Shown here one piece after another: positions 53,901 to 64,000 of a DNA stretch of 64,000 nucleotides (position 1 is the stretch's first letter; each line of letters begins with the position of its first letter). The notes below the pieces were generated by a model. That model was not told where the DNA came from. It saw only the letters and a program-made list of their open reading frames with translations, and made no database searches. Source of the stretch: Perkinsus chesapeaki ATCC PRA-425 (lineage: Eukaryota; Protista; Perkinsozoa). The DNA lies in NCBI GenBank assembly GCA_013115145.1, contig JAAPAO010000050.1, positions 38,784 through 102,783 of the forward strand, read 5' to 3'. A program made the translations under genes and the position numbers.

Positions 53901-56900
53901 AAGCGAGCGAAGCAACAGTCGACTTGTCTGATGCTTAAATCATTCGTAATTGTAGAGTCTACAATGTAGACTATTGGCGTATGTAATTAAGGACTAAGCC
54001 GGGGTTCTTGCATGTCTTCCGGTTCAACTGGATGACGCCACTGTGGTGTCGCTGCCAATAACTACTCATAATTTACTACTCGTGAATCAGGACAATCGAC
54101 AACTCAACTAAATACAACAAATGCATTTCCGTAGACAAAACTGTTGTGCAACATGACTTAAATCATCAAAGTTCAATGCCTCCATTTAGCAGATTTTCTG
54201 ACGAAATCGACTGCACATAGACTCAAAGTCTTAGAGCGGGACTCAGTCCCGAGCGACTTATTATTAAAAATCAACCGATCTTGGGACAGCTACATTAGTT
54301 GATGCTTGTGCCATGAGGCGAATGGTTCGGCACTCCCGGCTCGTGAGGAAACTACCCTTTCTCTGTCAAAAATCAGGACTTTTTCGCCAAATTTCCCAGA
54401 CCTCCATAAATCTGGGAACGGAAATCTGAGGAAATTTGGAAACCCGAGAACCCTGGAAGACAGGCGTGTAGGCCAACCTGAACATTACCCGAACCATTTG
54501 CTGTATGTACTCGGAGCATACAGCAATGGTACCTGGAACTGAAGAGTTCTGTACTAAAGTCTTTCTGAATGGCACAAGCTACTATCGAGAAGACGCTCGA
54601 TACTGAGGAAGGACAACGCTTCCGCGTATAATAGCCAATACATCGAGTGCCACCTTGAGAAGAGAGATTTCAATGGCTCCGAAGCCCTAGGGGGGACGTA
54701 AATCATGGAGTGAGACGTATAAGTTGAGTATCTCATAAGCTAGATGTAGAAGAAGGTTATTATCAATATTATTACATCTCTTGAGTATGAGCAGCCCAGG
54801 AACGCTGGCTCGCTAGTAGCGCTGATCTGAGCCCAGTTCAATATACCGTCGGTATAATACCGATAACCAGCCACTGTCACATGAACCCACATAATTCAGC
54901 TGATGATCAGATTGACATGCAGAACGCTCAGCTGAGGTAAGCGTTCTACATATCAATGAAGAAACTGCGTGTATGGTGCTACTTCATGTAAAAAAAACTC
55001 ACATGAGTTTATGGGAATGGTTTACACTGGCAACCAAGTTTTCTCTGAAAACTTTTCAGAAATCCTAACTGTTTGTTGGTTAAAGAACTAACCAGCGGTG
55101 AGCCTAACTTCGCCGTACGACAAGCGGGTGGCCCGCTGCGGGCCGATAGTCCACAGTTTGGACCCCAAACCCTCCCACCGCAAGGAAGGTGGTAGAGTAG
55201 CAGAGAGGAAAGACACGCCAATCTATGGTGGAGATCTGATCGGGTCGATTATCGGGACGCGCCGCGTGTCCGCGTGCCACACGCGGAACCGAGATGCCGC
55301 GGAGCACGGCGGCTTTTTTGTGGGCGATAAGAGAAACCTTTGCCCTCAGCATTGCCTCCGCGGAAGAAAGAGATAATTGGAACAGTTTCTATCTTTTCTT
55401 GATCCAAAATCCGCTAGGCGCACACTTGAAGGCGCAACTCGTTCATGAAAGTTTCGAATTTACACAGAATCAGACGAACGAATATCTCCCAAGACGATAC
55501 CGTGTTCTCACCGATTCATAGAGCATCGCTTGTCGAAGGTAGGAAAGGATAGCTCCACATGCCTTCTGGACCGGAGACGGCTCGGCGGTCTGAAATCGCG
55601 AGGCCACGATCTGCTGAACGAGTTGTTGAGACTTACCAGATCGCGCGCCGCATCCGAGGGAGGGTCCCAGTGCTGCCACTGGGTGACAGACGGATGAACC
55701 GCCAGGCTCTGGATGAGCCGATTCACTGCTGGTGGAATCGATTCTGAAAACACGTTCAAAACACCTTCATCGACTTATTGAATAAAAGTTTGATTACAAA
55801 ACCACTTTGGAGCATCGTGGAAATGGCTGAGCCGGCAAGTTGGCGTTTCAAAACGAAATCTCCCCACGACTCACTCTTGTCTGCTAGCAGCTCTCTCGGT
55901 TGTAGCGTGATGAGAATTGTACGTAATAACTGTCTATCGGGCTTGTCAGCGAACCAGCCATATTTGAAGGTAGATGTCGCACAGTCCACAACACAGCACC
56001 CGAACGAAAGACGTTCACCAAATGTTCCTGTAGAAGACACAAGACGGTCTCCCTTCAGAGGAGTCCCCTGAGCGTTCTGGCTACCTTGCGTTGTAGATTC
56101 ATCCGCGAACCAGAGAGCCATGAGATAATTGGGTTGAGCCGGTGATGGAGAGTTCTTCAGCATCGCTTCGTGAGTCAGCGTTCCCGCAGAGTGTGCCTGA
56201 AGCATCGATAACAGTGATTCCGGTCCGGAATTCAAGTCATTCCGGAATTTCCGGAATGACTTGAATCCACAAACTTGCGTTGTGAGAGTTTCTAGTGTAG
56301 GGATTTCTGTAACAGAAAACCCACTGCAATATGCAATGGCAGTCAAAGACGGCTGCGACAGCTATCGATAATGCGATAACTCACCTGACATGCTTCCCGT
56401 TTAACAACAGCATCGCTTTTCCTGCCCTGGTCCTTTTTCATCTCTCCAACTCTCTCCACTTGCTCCACCACGACTGTTCGGAATCCGGCATTCACCAGCA
56501 TGCTGCTATATTCGTAGAGAGATACCTTCGACAGGGAGAAAATGAATCATTTGCTTGCTCTCATAGGTCATTCGAAATGGCCAATAAAACAAGCTCTATC
56601 TACAAACATTCTTCTTCATAGGTCATTCGAAATGGCCAATAAAACAAGCTCTATCTACAAACATTCTTCTTCATAGGTCATTCGAAATGGCCAATAAAAC
56701 AAGCTCTATCCGTAATCATTGCTAAGGAATGGTCCGGTGGGTGGGTAGGTGCTGAGCCCACTTCATATAATACATGCAGGAGACGAAGATCCAGGGACAA
56801 TCTCGCAAGATAGGGAGAAATTCTCCTGGAGAAATCGCCAAGCCACTATGGCGTTGAGCAGAAGCTTTTATCGAGGCTGGAAAGAAGCTGGAATATCTGT

Positions 56901-58911
56901 GAACCTTTTCGTGACTAAGGCTTCATCAGCTGAGCGCGAGTCCAAACTCAGTGTAAAATACACCCTCTGATGCTCCGAAGTTCACTGATAAATCTAAATT
57001 CAACGAGATTTCCCCTACGATACGAAGGTCTACGATGTTCGTCCTGCCTCGACGACGCGTGAAGACCAACATAGAGAGCTCACCTCTGGAAATCCAACAT
57101 GGGGCTTCTTGTTATTCCCCATCCAGCGCAGATTACACGCAGCTTGCGCGAACACAGCGTCATAATAGAAAATCTCGTAGAATTTGCCGACTTTAAAAAG
57201 TGTAATTTCGTCAAAGTGCTTTGCCTTCACTTCCCAGTACTGCAGCAACATAGGCGTGCAGTGACCTTCTTCTTTCTTTCGACTTGAAGAGTCTGAAACC
57301 GCCAGTGCCTATCAACCAGAATAGCGAAGTTCGGCGGAACCTCTTAAATCTGGAACCCTCATAGTTGATTGATCATAATCAGCATGATCTGGCCTGCGCC
57401 CATTCACATCCGTGAGCTTATCTGGGTGCATCCAGCTCGGATAGGAGTACCTTGACACATAATTAATGACTCTATAGCGGACGATCCCATTACGTATCTC
57501 TTGTCTCATAATAGGCACGGAGACAGGCGGCAGCATAAGGAGGCCATCCTGACATGAACAAACTTTGCCGAATGAGAAAATTAGTAAAAGAAAATTAAAC
57601 ATTGTAATAGGATAATTACATGTTCAGATTTATGATGTTTAGATATGCGTATTTGAGATCATTATTGTTATTAAAAATCTACACCGTTCTATTTGAAACC
57701 CACATGTAAGCGAGCACGAATAAGCAATCACTGCTTCAGTGCGGCTGATCCTTCCAGAAAACATTCACCTTGTGATCCTACTCGGTATACCGAAAAAGTT
57801 GGGCTAGACCAGAATGAGCTGAGACTTTCTTTTCCTTCCGCTCGTCGCCGTGCGCCCAGGCCACTTCAAAGGGAAAAATATTACAATTACAGTTCTATCA
57901 GATTTTTTCGAGCGAGGCACTACTTCAACCAGATCTATATTGAAAGATGTCGGGATCAAAGACACAAAAAGCCGGCATCTTATCCGAGATGAAGAATCAC
58001 ACAAGGCCGGGATTTCCAGGGAACCGGTATCTTATTTTCCAAGTTATAAATTCTGTAGTTTGCCCCATCCTCACCTCTAGCCTTCGCCTCTATTTCCTCC
58101 CTAGTTATTTCTTCCTCGTCGCCATTCGGGCTCTCCATTGGTCTCCTTAACGCGGAAGTTATCGTATTTTCCGGACGCGCCTTCAAAACTGAACGGGATC
58201 GCCAGATTGCCTATCCGACCGTTCCCGAACCAGTACTGTCTGGAACAGCTCCCTGTGCCTCCTCGGCACTATAAAGCATCGCATCGTAGGAGTCAGTCGT
58301 CACGTCCTGCACGACAGTCTCAGCTTCGCGCTTTCGCTTGACAGGAGCGACCTAGGAAGGACTCGAATGCCCACTGGCCCGCAAGCTTGCTACCTCCGCC
58401 GGCTCGCTGTCGTCCGAATCTTCCTCGCTCTCATCGTCTTGAAAAGTTAGCCTTCGCTTCCTCCTTCCGACAATCTCAATAGGTTCTTCATCCTGCACTT
58501 GAGTCGGCTCTTCACTGACGTTCAGAGACGTTCGCCTGACGGGTGCGATACTGCTCGTAGTGGCACTGAAGAAGACACAGGATCCTTCAACGCACGCTAG
58601 CACAACCACCTCACACCCGGTCAGGGCAGCTTGGTCGAAAAGTTGCTCAATGGACTTTCACAAGAATGAAACTCCCGAAATTCACCACGATCCTTCAAAC
58701 TCAACTCCCACTTGGCCGACTTTCCCAACACTTCTCTCTCTCCAACGGCTTACCCGCTGTTAGCAGTCGACGTTGAGGGGGCAGCCATCTCGACATCTCT
58801 CGCATCGCTGGATTTCTCCTCTTCCTTTTTTGGTAATACTTTGAAGAAGGCGAGCAGGGAGCTCTGCCGCTTCCCTCCATCCGACCCAACACTGGAACGC
58901 CGGTTACTCAT
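47981..58911 (-). CDS. MSH6: DNA mismatch repair protein MSH6, multi-exon; 3' end approximate
   Basis: N-terminal PIP box [10 protein letters not shown]; [25 protein letters not shown]; [12 protein letters not shown]; [11 protein letters not shown]; LDCLLSLS; [41 protein letters not shown]|RGTSTFDG; [18 protein letters not shown]. Confidence 0.96.
52370..52391. other. 22-nt footprint, target gtctacga (MSH6 intron)
   Basis: g-tctacg-t-cgtaga-c-tctacg-a. Confidence 0.85.
52423..52444. other. 22-nt footprint, target cttgccag (MSH6 intron)
   Basis: c-ttgcca-c-tggcaa-g-ttgcca-g. Confidence 0.85.
52763..53780 (+). CDS. Possible nested antisense gene or pseudogene in the 3.7-kb MSH6 intron
   Basis: Open exon 53354-53587 bounded by ttttcag and gtgagt; upstream open segment ending ccg|gtaagt near 53023. 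Confidence 0.35.
53950..53971. other. 22-nt footprint, target ttgtagac (MSH6 intron)
   Basis: t-tgtaga-g-tctaca-a-tgtaga-c. Confidence 0.85.
54842..54863. other. 22-nt footprint, target tataccga (MSH6 intron)
   Basis: t-ataccg-t-cggtat-a-ataccg-a. Confidence 0.85.
56230..56266. repeat. Perfect palindrome, 18-bp arms, 1-nt spacer (MSH6 intron)
   Basis: attcaagtcattccggaa-t-ttccggaatgacttgaat. Confidence 0.92.
56561..56710. repeat. 55-bp tandem repeat, 2.7 identical copies (MSH6 intron)
   Basis: Units start at 56561, 56616 and 56671. Confidence 0.95.
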
Positions 58912-59286
58912 TACAATGGACAACCCCTAAGACACGAAGACTCGAAGGCAGGAAAAGCGCTGAGCCTGGCGCCGCCATCGCTAGCTCGGACACAGGGAGA
59001 GACGGCCGTAAGAATCCTACTGCACGCAACCAGCTGCTGTTATAGCGTGGGACGGTCGCGAGGGGAAAAGTTTAGAAGCAGCAGCAGCTACTGCTTCTCG
59101 TTTTTGTGAAGATCTCGCAGATACAACCTACCAGAGATCTCAACAAGTACTAGTATTGCTAGATTGACTGGACTCAACACGACTCGGTGATACTCATGTA
59201 CAAGCACACGGTAGCAGTGATACACAAAAATAAGCACACTCCCAGTGCTTTGAAAATTCATAATGAATGAGCCAGCATGAAAGTCA

Positions 59287-62200
59287 TTAGTCAGAAGCCA
59301 CATTAACCGGGACATCGCGGTAGGTCCGGCGGCGAACCATCGCTGTTGTTTTGCCGCCGCCATACGTCATTGTCCTCAAAAACTCCTTAGCTTTCTCCAT
59401 CTCTTTCACCCTGCGCTTGCTGTCCCACCCTTTCCGATCACCGATAATACTCACAATCTGAAATTCAATAAATTCGGCCGTCTACCCCACCCGCCTACCT
59501 CCGGCAAGATAGCCTTCGTCGCCACAGGATCAACAAACGCCATCCGGGTCCTGTACGCGATGACATCCACCACTGACTCTGCCATCTCTCTGTCAACTGC
59601 CCAGAGCAGCTCCGTACGAAGGAAGCTCTGACATGACACAGCGGAGTAATGCATTCCATTTTATCATGCGAAGGCAAATATTTTCCAGCAAAGTTAGTAT
59701 TGTACAAACACTTCTTGCTCTCCTCCTAGGAACATCAGAATCGGTACCGAAGCGCCCCACAGCCGCACAAGATGGCTACCTGTCTGGGGAGCAGCGGGCT
59801 CAATGTGCTCGTGGTCTGACCGAACTCACATAAGTCTGGTGCGTACGTGCCATAAGACTTGGTGAGATGAACCGCATCTACAACGGTAGTGGTGTATGCC
59901 GACATGACAGCGATTTTTTCATACCATCCAAATCAACACCGTAGCTCCGATTCAGCTCCATCGCCATGCGGTCGGCGAGGACGTCGAAGTCGTATCCGTG
60001 TCCCACAGAGAACCTAAAATAAATCATGCCATCGTCGCCCAACTAAGATGTCATATTGAGTATATTTGTACGTTGAAAAGCATGCAGACTATCTGCCCCT
60101 TACAGGCAGGAGGAGCGTGCAAGGAGAAGGAGGAGTCGAGGTAATTATCTATCCCAAAGCATGATACCATTGCGACGGAGAGGCAATATGGTGTATGCGG
60201 AAAGGTCGGCCCTCCGTGGGGGCCTTTATCAAGATCTTTTATAATTTACCCTAAAGGAGCACTTTACATCTCATAAAGCAGCCCCGTTATTGCTGGGTGA
60301 ATTCACCATTCAAACCTTGGTGAGTTGAACTCACCGTATGACGCTCTGGTCCGGCATAGGCCAGAATAACGCCTCGGCCACACACGGCACAACTTTCAGC
60401 GCGTATCTCTAGTACCCATTTCATCTCATCTACCCTAATATTACTTTCCACCGTGGCTGCCCAGCAGCGCAAGTCTGAATGTCCTGCATCCATGCTTCGC
60501 CGAAACTCTTCCATGATGGTGCTCCAACGCTTTGTTCACACAATCTTCTGCCATTAACCTACACAGCAGCCTCTTCCACAACAACTCAACCCGAATGCTC
60601 TCTACCTGCAAGTGGTCCACTTTCCACCCATAATGCTCACTAAACCTGTCTTGCTGTCGATAACGACTTCGTGATCACGAGACATCTGCAACACTAGCAG
60701 TTAACCGCGAACTCACAGAGGGACGTCGGATTTCCCCAGAAGGAACGCATTCGACGTAACCTTAGTGGTCAAGAGGAATGTATTCGACGTAACCTTAGTG
60801 GTCAAGAGGAATGTATTTTATATCGAAATGTCCATTTCAGGAACACATTTTGCTCCCCAAGGAACATCATTCTATGAGCCCAGATGCTCCCCTAATTGAA
60901 GCCCTTCTCCTACCTTGCTGGTGTCTGCCGCTTTGGGATCTCTAACCAGAGGCCTAAGGCCACTCCAGGCAGCAGTGATGTCCTATGAAAACCGAAGAGC
61001 CTCGCTATCACGGACTGCAGGCTACTTCCCGAATATCGTCTTTGGTGAGGCTCAGATATTTCACGCTCTCTTCGACTATAAAGTCCAATTCAGCAGTGCT
61101 CGGCTTGGGAAGGGCCGTCAGGTCACTTTTAACATCAGTCGTACCAACCACCGTATTCCCTAAACACTAGTTTAATCGACCCAACTTAACAGCCCGCCTT
61201 GCGTGGTAAGGTTGATAAGATACCCTCACAAGCACCAGCGTGGAACAACGAGCAGCGGAGGAAGCCTCTGATACTTGTATGACGGGGAAACCTAGCACCC
61301 GGGGAGAGCTTAACTCGCACTCCAAAAAAATCGGCAAAAATTACTGTACTGAAAATTACTTGCAAATTCTTAAATATGTACTCAATGATTGTGCAGAGTC
61401 GAACTATCCTACTGCGAGAGCCTGTGGAACAAGGATCGCATCTTGAATGTACATTGGTATTACCAATATTATTTATATACTAGTAGTATATAAATAATAA
61501 TGAAGTAGAGAATTCTTCCGAGATTTTCTTCCATGCAAACGCGCAGAGAATAATGTAAATAACAAAGTAATAATGTGGTACTATAATACTACCACATTAT
61601 TGTTCCTTCCCGAACGATTTATCAAACTAACTATTAATTAACGCATCGGATACAAAGTCCCCCATGGTACATCTGAGAGTTACACTCATCAGTATCATCA
61701 CAACTCTAAAGCTCCCTCAAACTGCGAGCTGTGCTCCAAGGCACGACCGAAGTTCACGGCATCCCACATCTGACTACTTTACGAGAATTTTCCAAATCAA
61801 TTTGGCAATTCCGGCACACTCAAAAATTTCGCTCGCCCACATATCAGTAACAAGGCATGAAACGGTTGTAAGATTTTGACAAGTGAGTCTCACCTACAAT
61901 GTGCGTAACATACCCGAGAATGAGCCCTTAACCCGTTCCCATGGTGGAGTTATGATACAATTTGAAAATATTGTACGTTTATTTGGAGAACTGTATCATA
62001 TCGCTGTATATGCTTCCATATGATCCTTCAGCATTTTATCTTATCCCAAGCAACATTGCAGCGCCTCCACTTACCCTCCCAAGGCAGATAGAACAGCACT
62101 CTCCCGTCTGCAGTTTCGGGGATGAGCATCCCACATGCCGGTGACGAATATGACCTAACCAACAACGATCTAGCCATACAGAAATATGCTTTCAGAAGGT

Positions 62201-64000
62201 CAGGATAATAGAAAAGTCATCATAACGCATACACGAAAATACTTCTCTCGATTAGAAGTAAACGTGAAGTTCATTTTGACTAGGACACTCTGGCGTTCCT
62301 CTAAGACTTTCGCTTGCCGATAACTGCCCTCCATGCTACTACTTAGGCATCACCAAATGAGCCCCAGCTGCCGCAGCTACAAGCTCCCTCTCCTCCGGGT
62401 TAGCATCCTTCCGTATAACATCCGAAAAAGGCCCAGTAGCATTGATAACCATTTTGCCAGTAACCTCGAATGTTTCACCAGTAAGCTGGTCCTTAGCCCT
62501 GAGCCAGCGTAAAGGACCTTCCCATACAACCGAGGCCCACCTGACGCCGTTGCACATGCCGTGTTCATCCTTGGTAACATTGAGGACTTCAGTGTGGTTC
62601 GCGATAGTAGCACCAACCCAGCCGTCGATATAATTATCTACCTGTCACGAAAAAACAATACTGACATTATCATCGTCTCAACGGCCCAGCTCTACTGACG
62701 AGCTCAGTCAGCTCGACAAAGCTTTGCGACCTGGTTTTGAAATACGAAGTGCACTTCGAATCAAACAGTCATTTTTTTGCCAGGATAGTAGTCGAAGAAC
62801 TGATACCAGGGCTGAGCTAGCCAGCCCAGTCGGGGATTGGCAGCTGGCGACCATCAAACAGTGTTGGGCATTGGACCACGCGCCCCTTCCTCAACATCTA
62901 CACGTCAGACCATGAACCGCTCAAAACACAAACAAACGAAAGCGACACCCTTTTCCTTACAGCAGCAGTCATAGCGATATGAAGGCAAACTCTCGAGTCG
63001 TTTTGCTGTCCATCATAGTACATCACACTGCCATGTAAGCCTTCATTCTTCAACAATGGGAACTACAATAAGGACGGTTACCCCACTCAACGATCAGCTA
63101 GGCTACCATATGGAGACTGTTGGCTTTGCTGACCCAATACGAGTTGGGCAGGCCCGGTGAAAACAGTGTCGCTACGTTGCCGCAAAACTCGTACCTGCCA
63201 ATAGACCATCACTACCGAGCAGTATGAGTATTTACATCTTGAGTCCGGCCCACATCATACAGATGTCCCAAGGATTGTAGAGTGGCATTAAAATGGCTAA
63301 GGGCTGGGTCATGAAGGGAGAGCAATGGAGCATGTGAGCTCTTTCACGAAGTGCCTGAGAAGGAGGGAAAGCTCATGGCTATATAGCAACGTACAGTATA
63401 GTAATAGGAATGTCATACTACGTCCCAAATTGATAATATCGAATATGATACAAGTGAACTATATGCCGGGAATCTGCACCTTATGGCACAAAATTCCTCA
63501 TCCACACCATGACCACTGTAGTCTATCACATGGGAAGGCCGCCGAAGCGGTTACCGTAAAGGAGAAGTCCTACCTCGTAGACCAAAACAAGCATTTTATA
63601 GTCCATATTGAAAATAGCGTCTTTCAGATATCGAACTCCTCCATGGAGCAGCTTCGTGCCTGCAAGCCACCAATACCAAATATGTCATACCGTAACTCAC
63701 TCCTGCTGCTCGTTCCCGATGCGAAGTCCTCCCGCTCTAGGAGGGCGACTTTAAGGCCACGAGAGGCGCCATCTAGTGCCACTGAGGCTCCTGTGGCACC
63801 TCCACCGATAACAACTATATCAAACCTAAGGGATATTGAGAATAAAGAAAACAACTTCGTGTAACAATAGTTAGTAAACACAGTACAGTTTAAGTGTAAC
63901 AATAGTTAGTAAACACAGTACAGTTTAAGTGTAACAATAGTTAGTAAACACAGTACAGTTTAAGTGTAACAATAGTTAGTAAACACAGTACAGTTTAAGT
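59287..64000 (-). CDS. GPD2: FAD-dependent (mitochondrial) glycerol-3-phosphate dehydrogenase, multi-exon; 5' end lies beyond the window
   Basis: [109 protein letters not shown]. Confidence 0.96.
60749..60817. repeat. 33-bp tandem duplication (GPD2 intron)
   Basis: attcgacgtaaccttagtggtcaagaggaatgt x2. Confidence 0.9.
61467..61499. repeat. Perfect palindrome, 16-bp arms, 1-nt spacer (GPD2 intron)
   Basis: tattatttatatacta-g-tagtatataaataata. Confidence 0.85.
63859..64000. repeat. 35-bp tandem array, at least 4 identical copies, running off the window (GPD2 intron)
   Basis: gtgtaacaatagttagtaaacacagtacagtttaa at 63859, 63894, 63929 and 63964; no spacers. Confidence 0.95.

Noticed and set aside
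26882-54863. Target-site consensus among the reconstructed 8-mers
   Set aside because: Only weak T2/A7 and central TA tendencies in about 15 sites; too few to claim.
55756-56346. Palindrome at 56230 lying in MSH6 coding sequence
   Set aside because: Splice signals (tgtcag|gtgagt near 56384; cttcag|gcacac near 56200) place it in an intron.
63859-64000. 35-bp repeats as a CRISPR array
   Set aside because: Units are directly adjacent with no spacers, lie in a eukaryotic intron, and no cas genes are present.

Overview
This window is eukaryotic DNA with many short GT-AG introns (about 40-60 nt), so the ORF track shows exon fragments. Gene content and intron style suggest an alveolate protist, most likely Perkinsus-like (inference, not shown by the sequence). 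Recognisable genes, all on the minus strand: UGGT, a HisC-like class II aminotransferase, a mitochondrial phosphate carrier, CDC5/Cef1, a multi-PDZ protein, a cNMP-binding-like protein, MSH6 and FAD-dependent glycerol-3-phosphate dehydrogenase. Four intact plus-strand paralogues encode a small secreted protein with 5 exons and 13 invariant cysteines. The most striking signal lies outside recognised conserved exons: at least 15 exact copies of a fixed-geometry 22-nt scar, n1-A-comp(n8)-rc(A)-comp(n1)-A-n8 with A = 6 nt, each with a different sequence, plus 8 long palindromes (13-26 bp arms) that all have a 1-nt spacer. This geometry is what the hairpin model predicts for excision of an 8-bp-TSD (hAT-type) transposon followed by microhomology joining. 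One scar is confirmed as a 14-nt insertion against a paralogous locus in the window. No transposase ORF was seen. Boundaries of the spliced genes are manual estimates.
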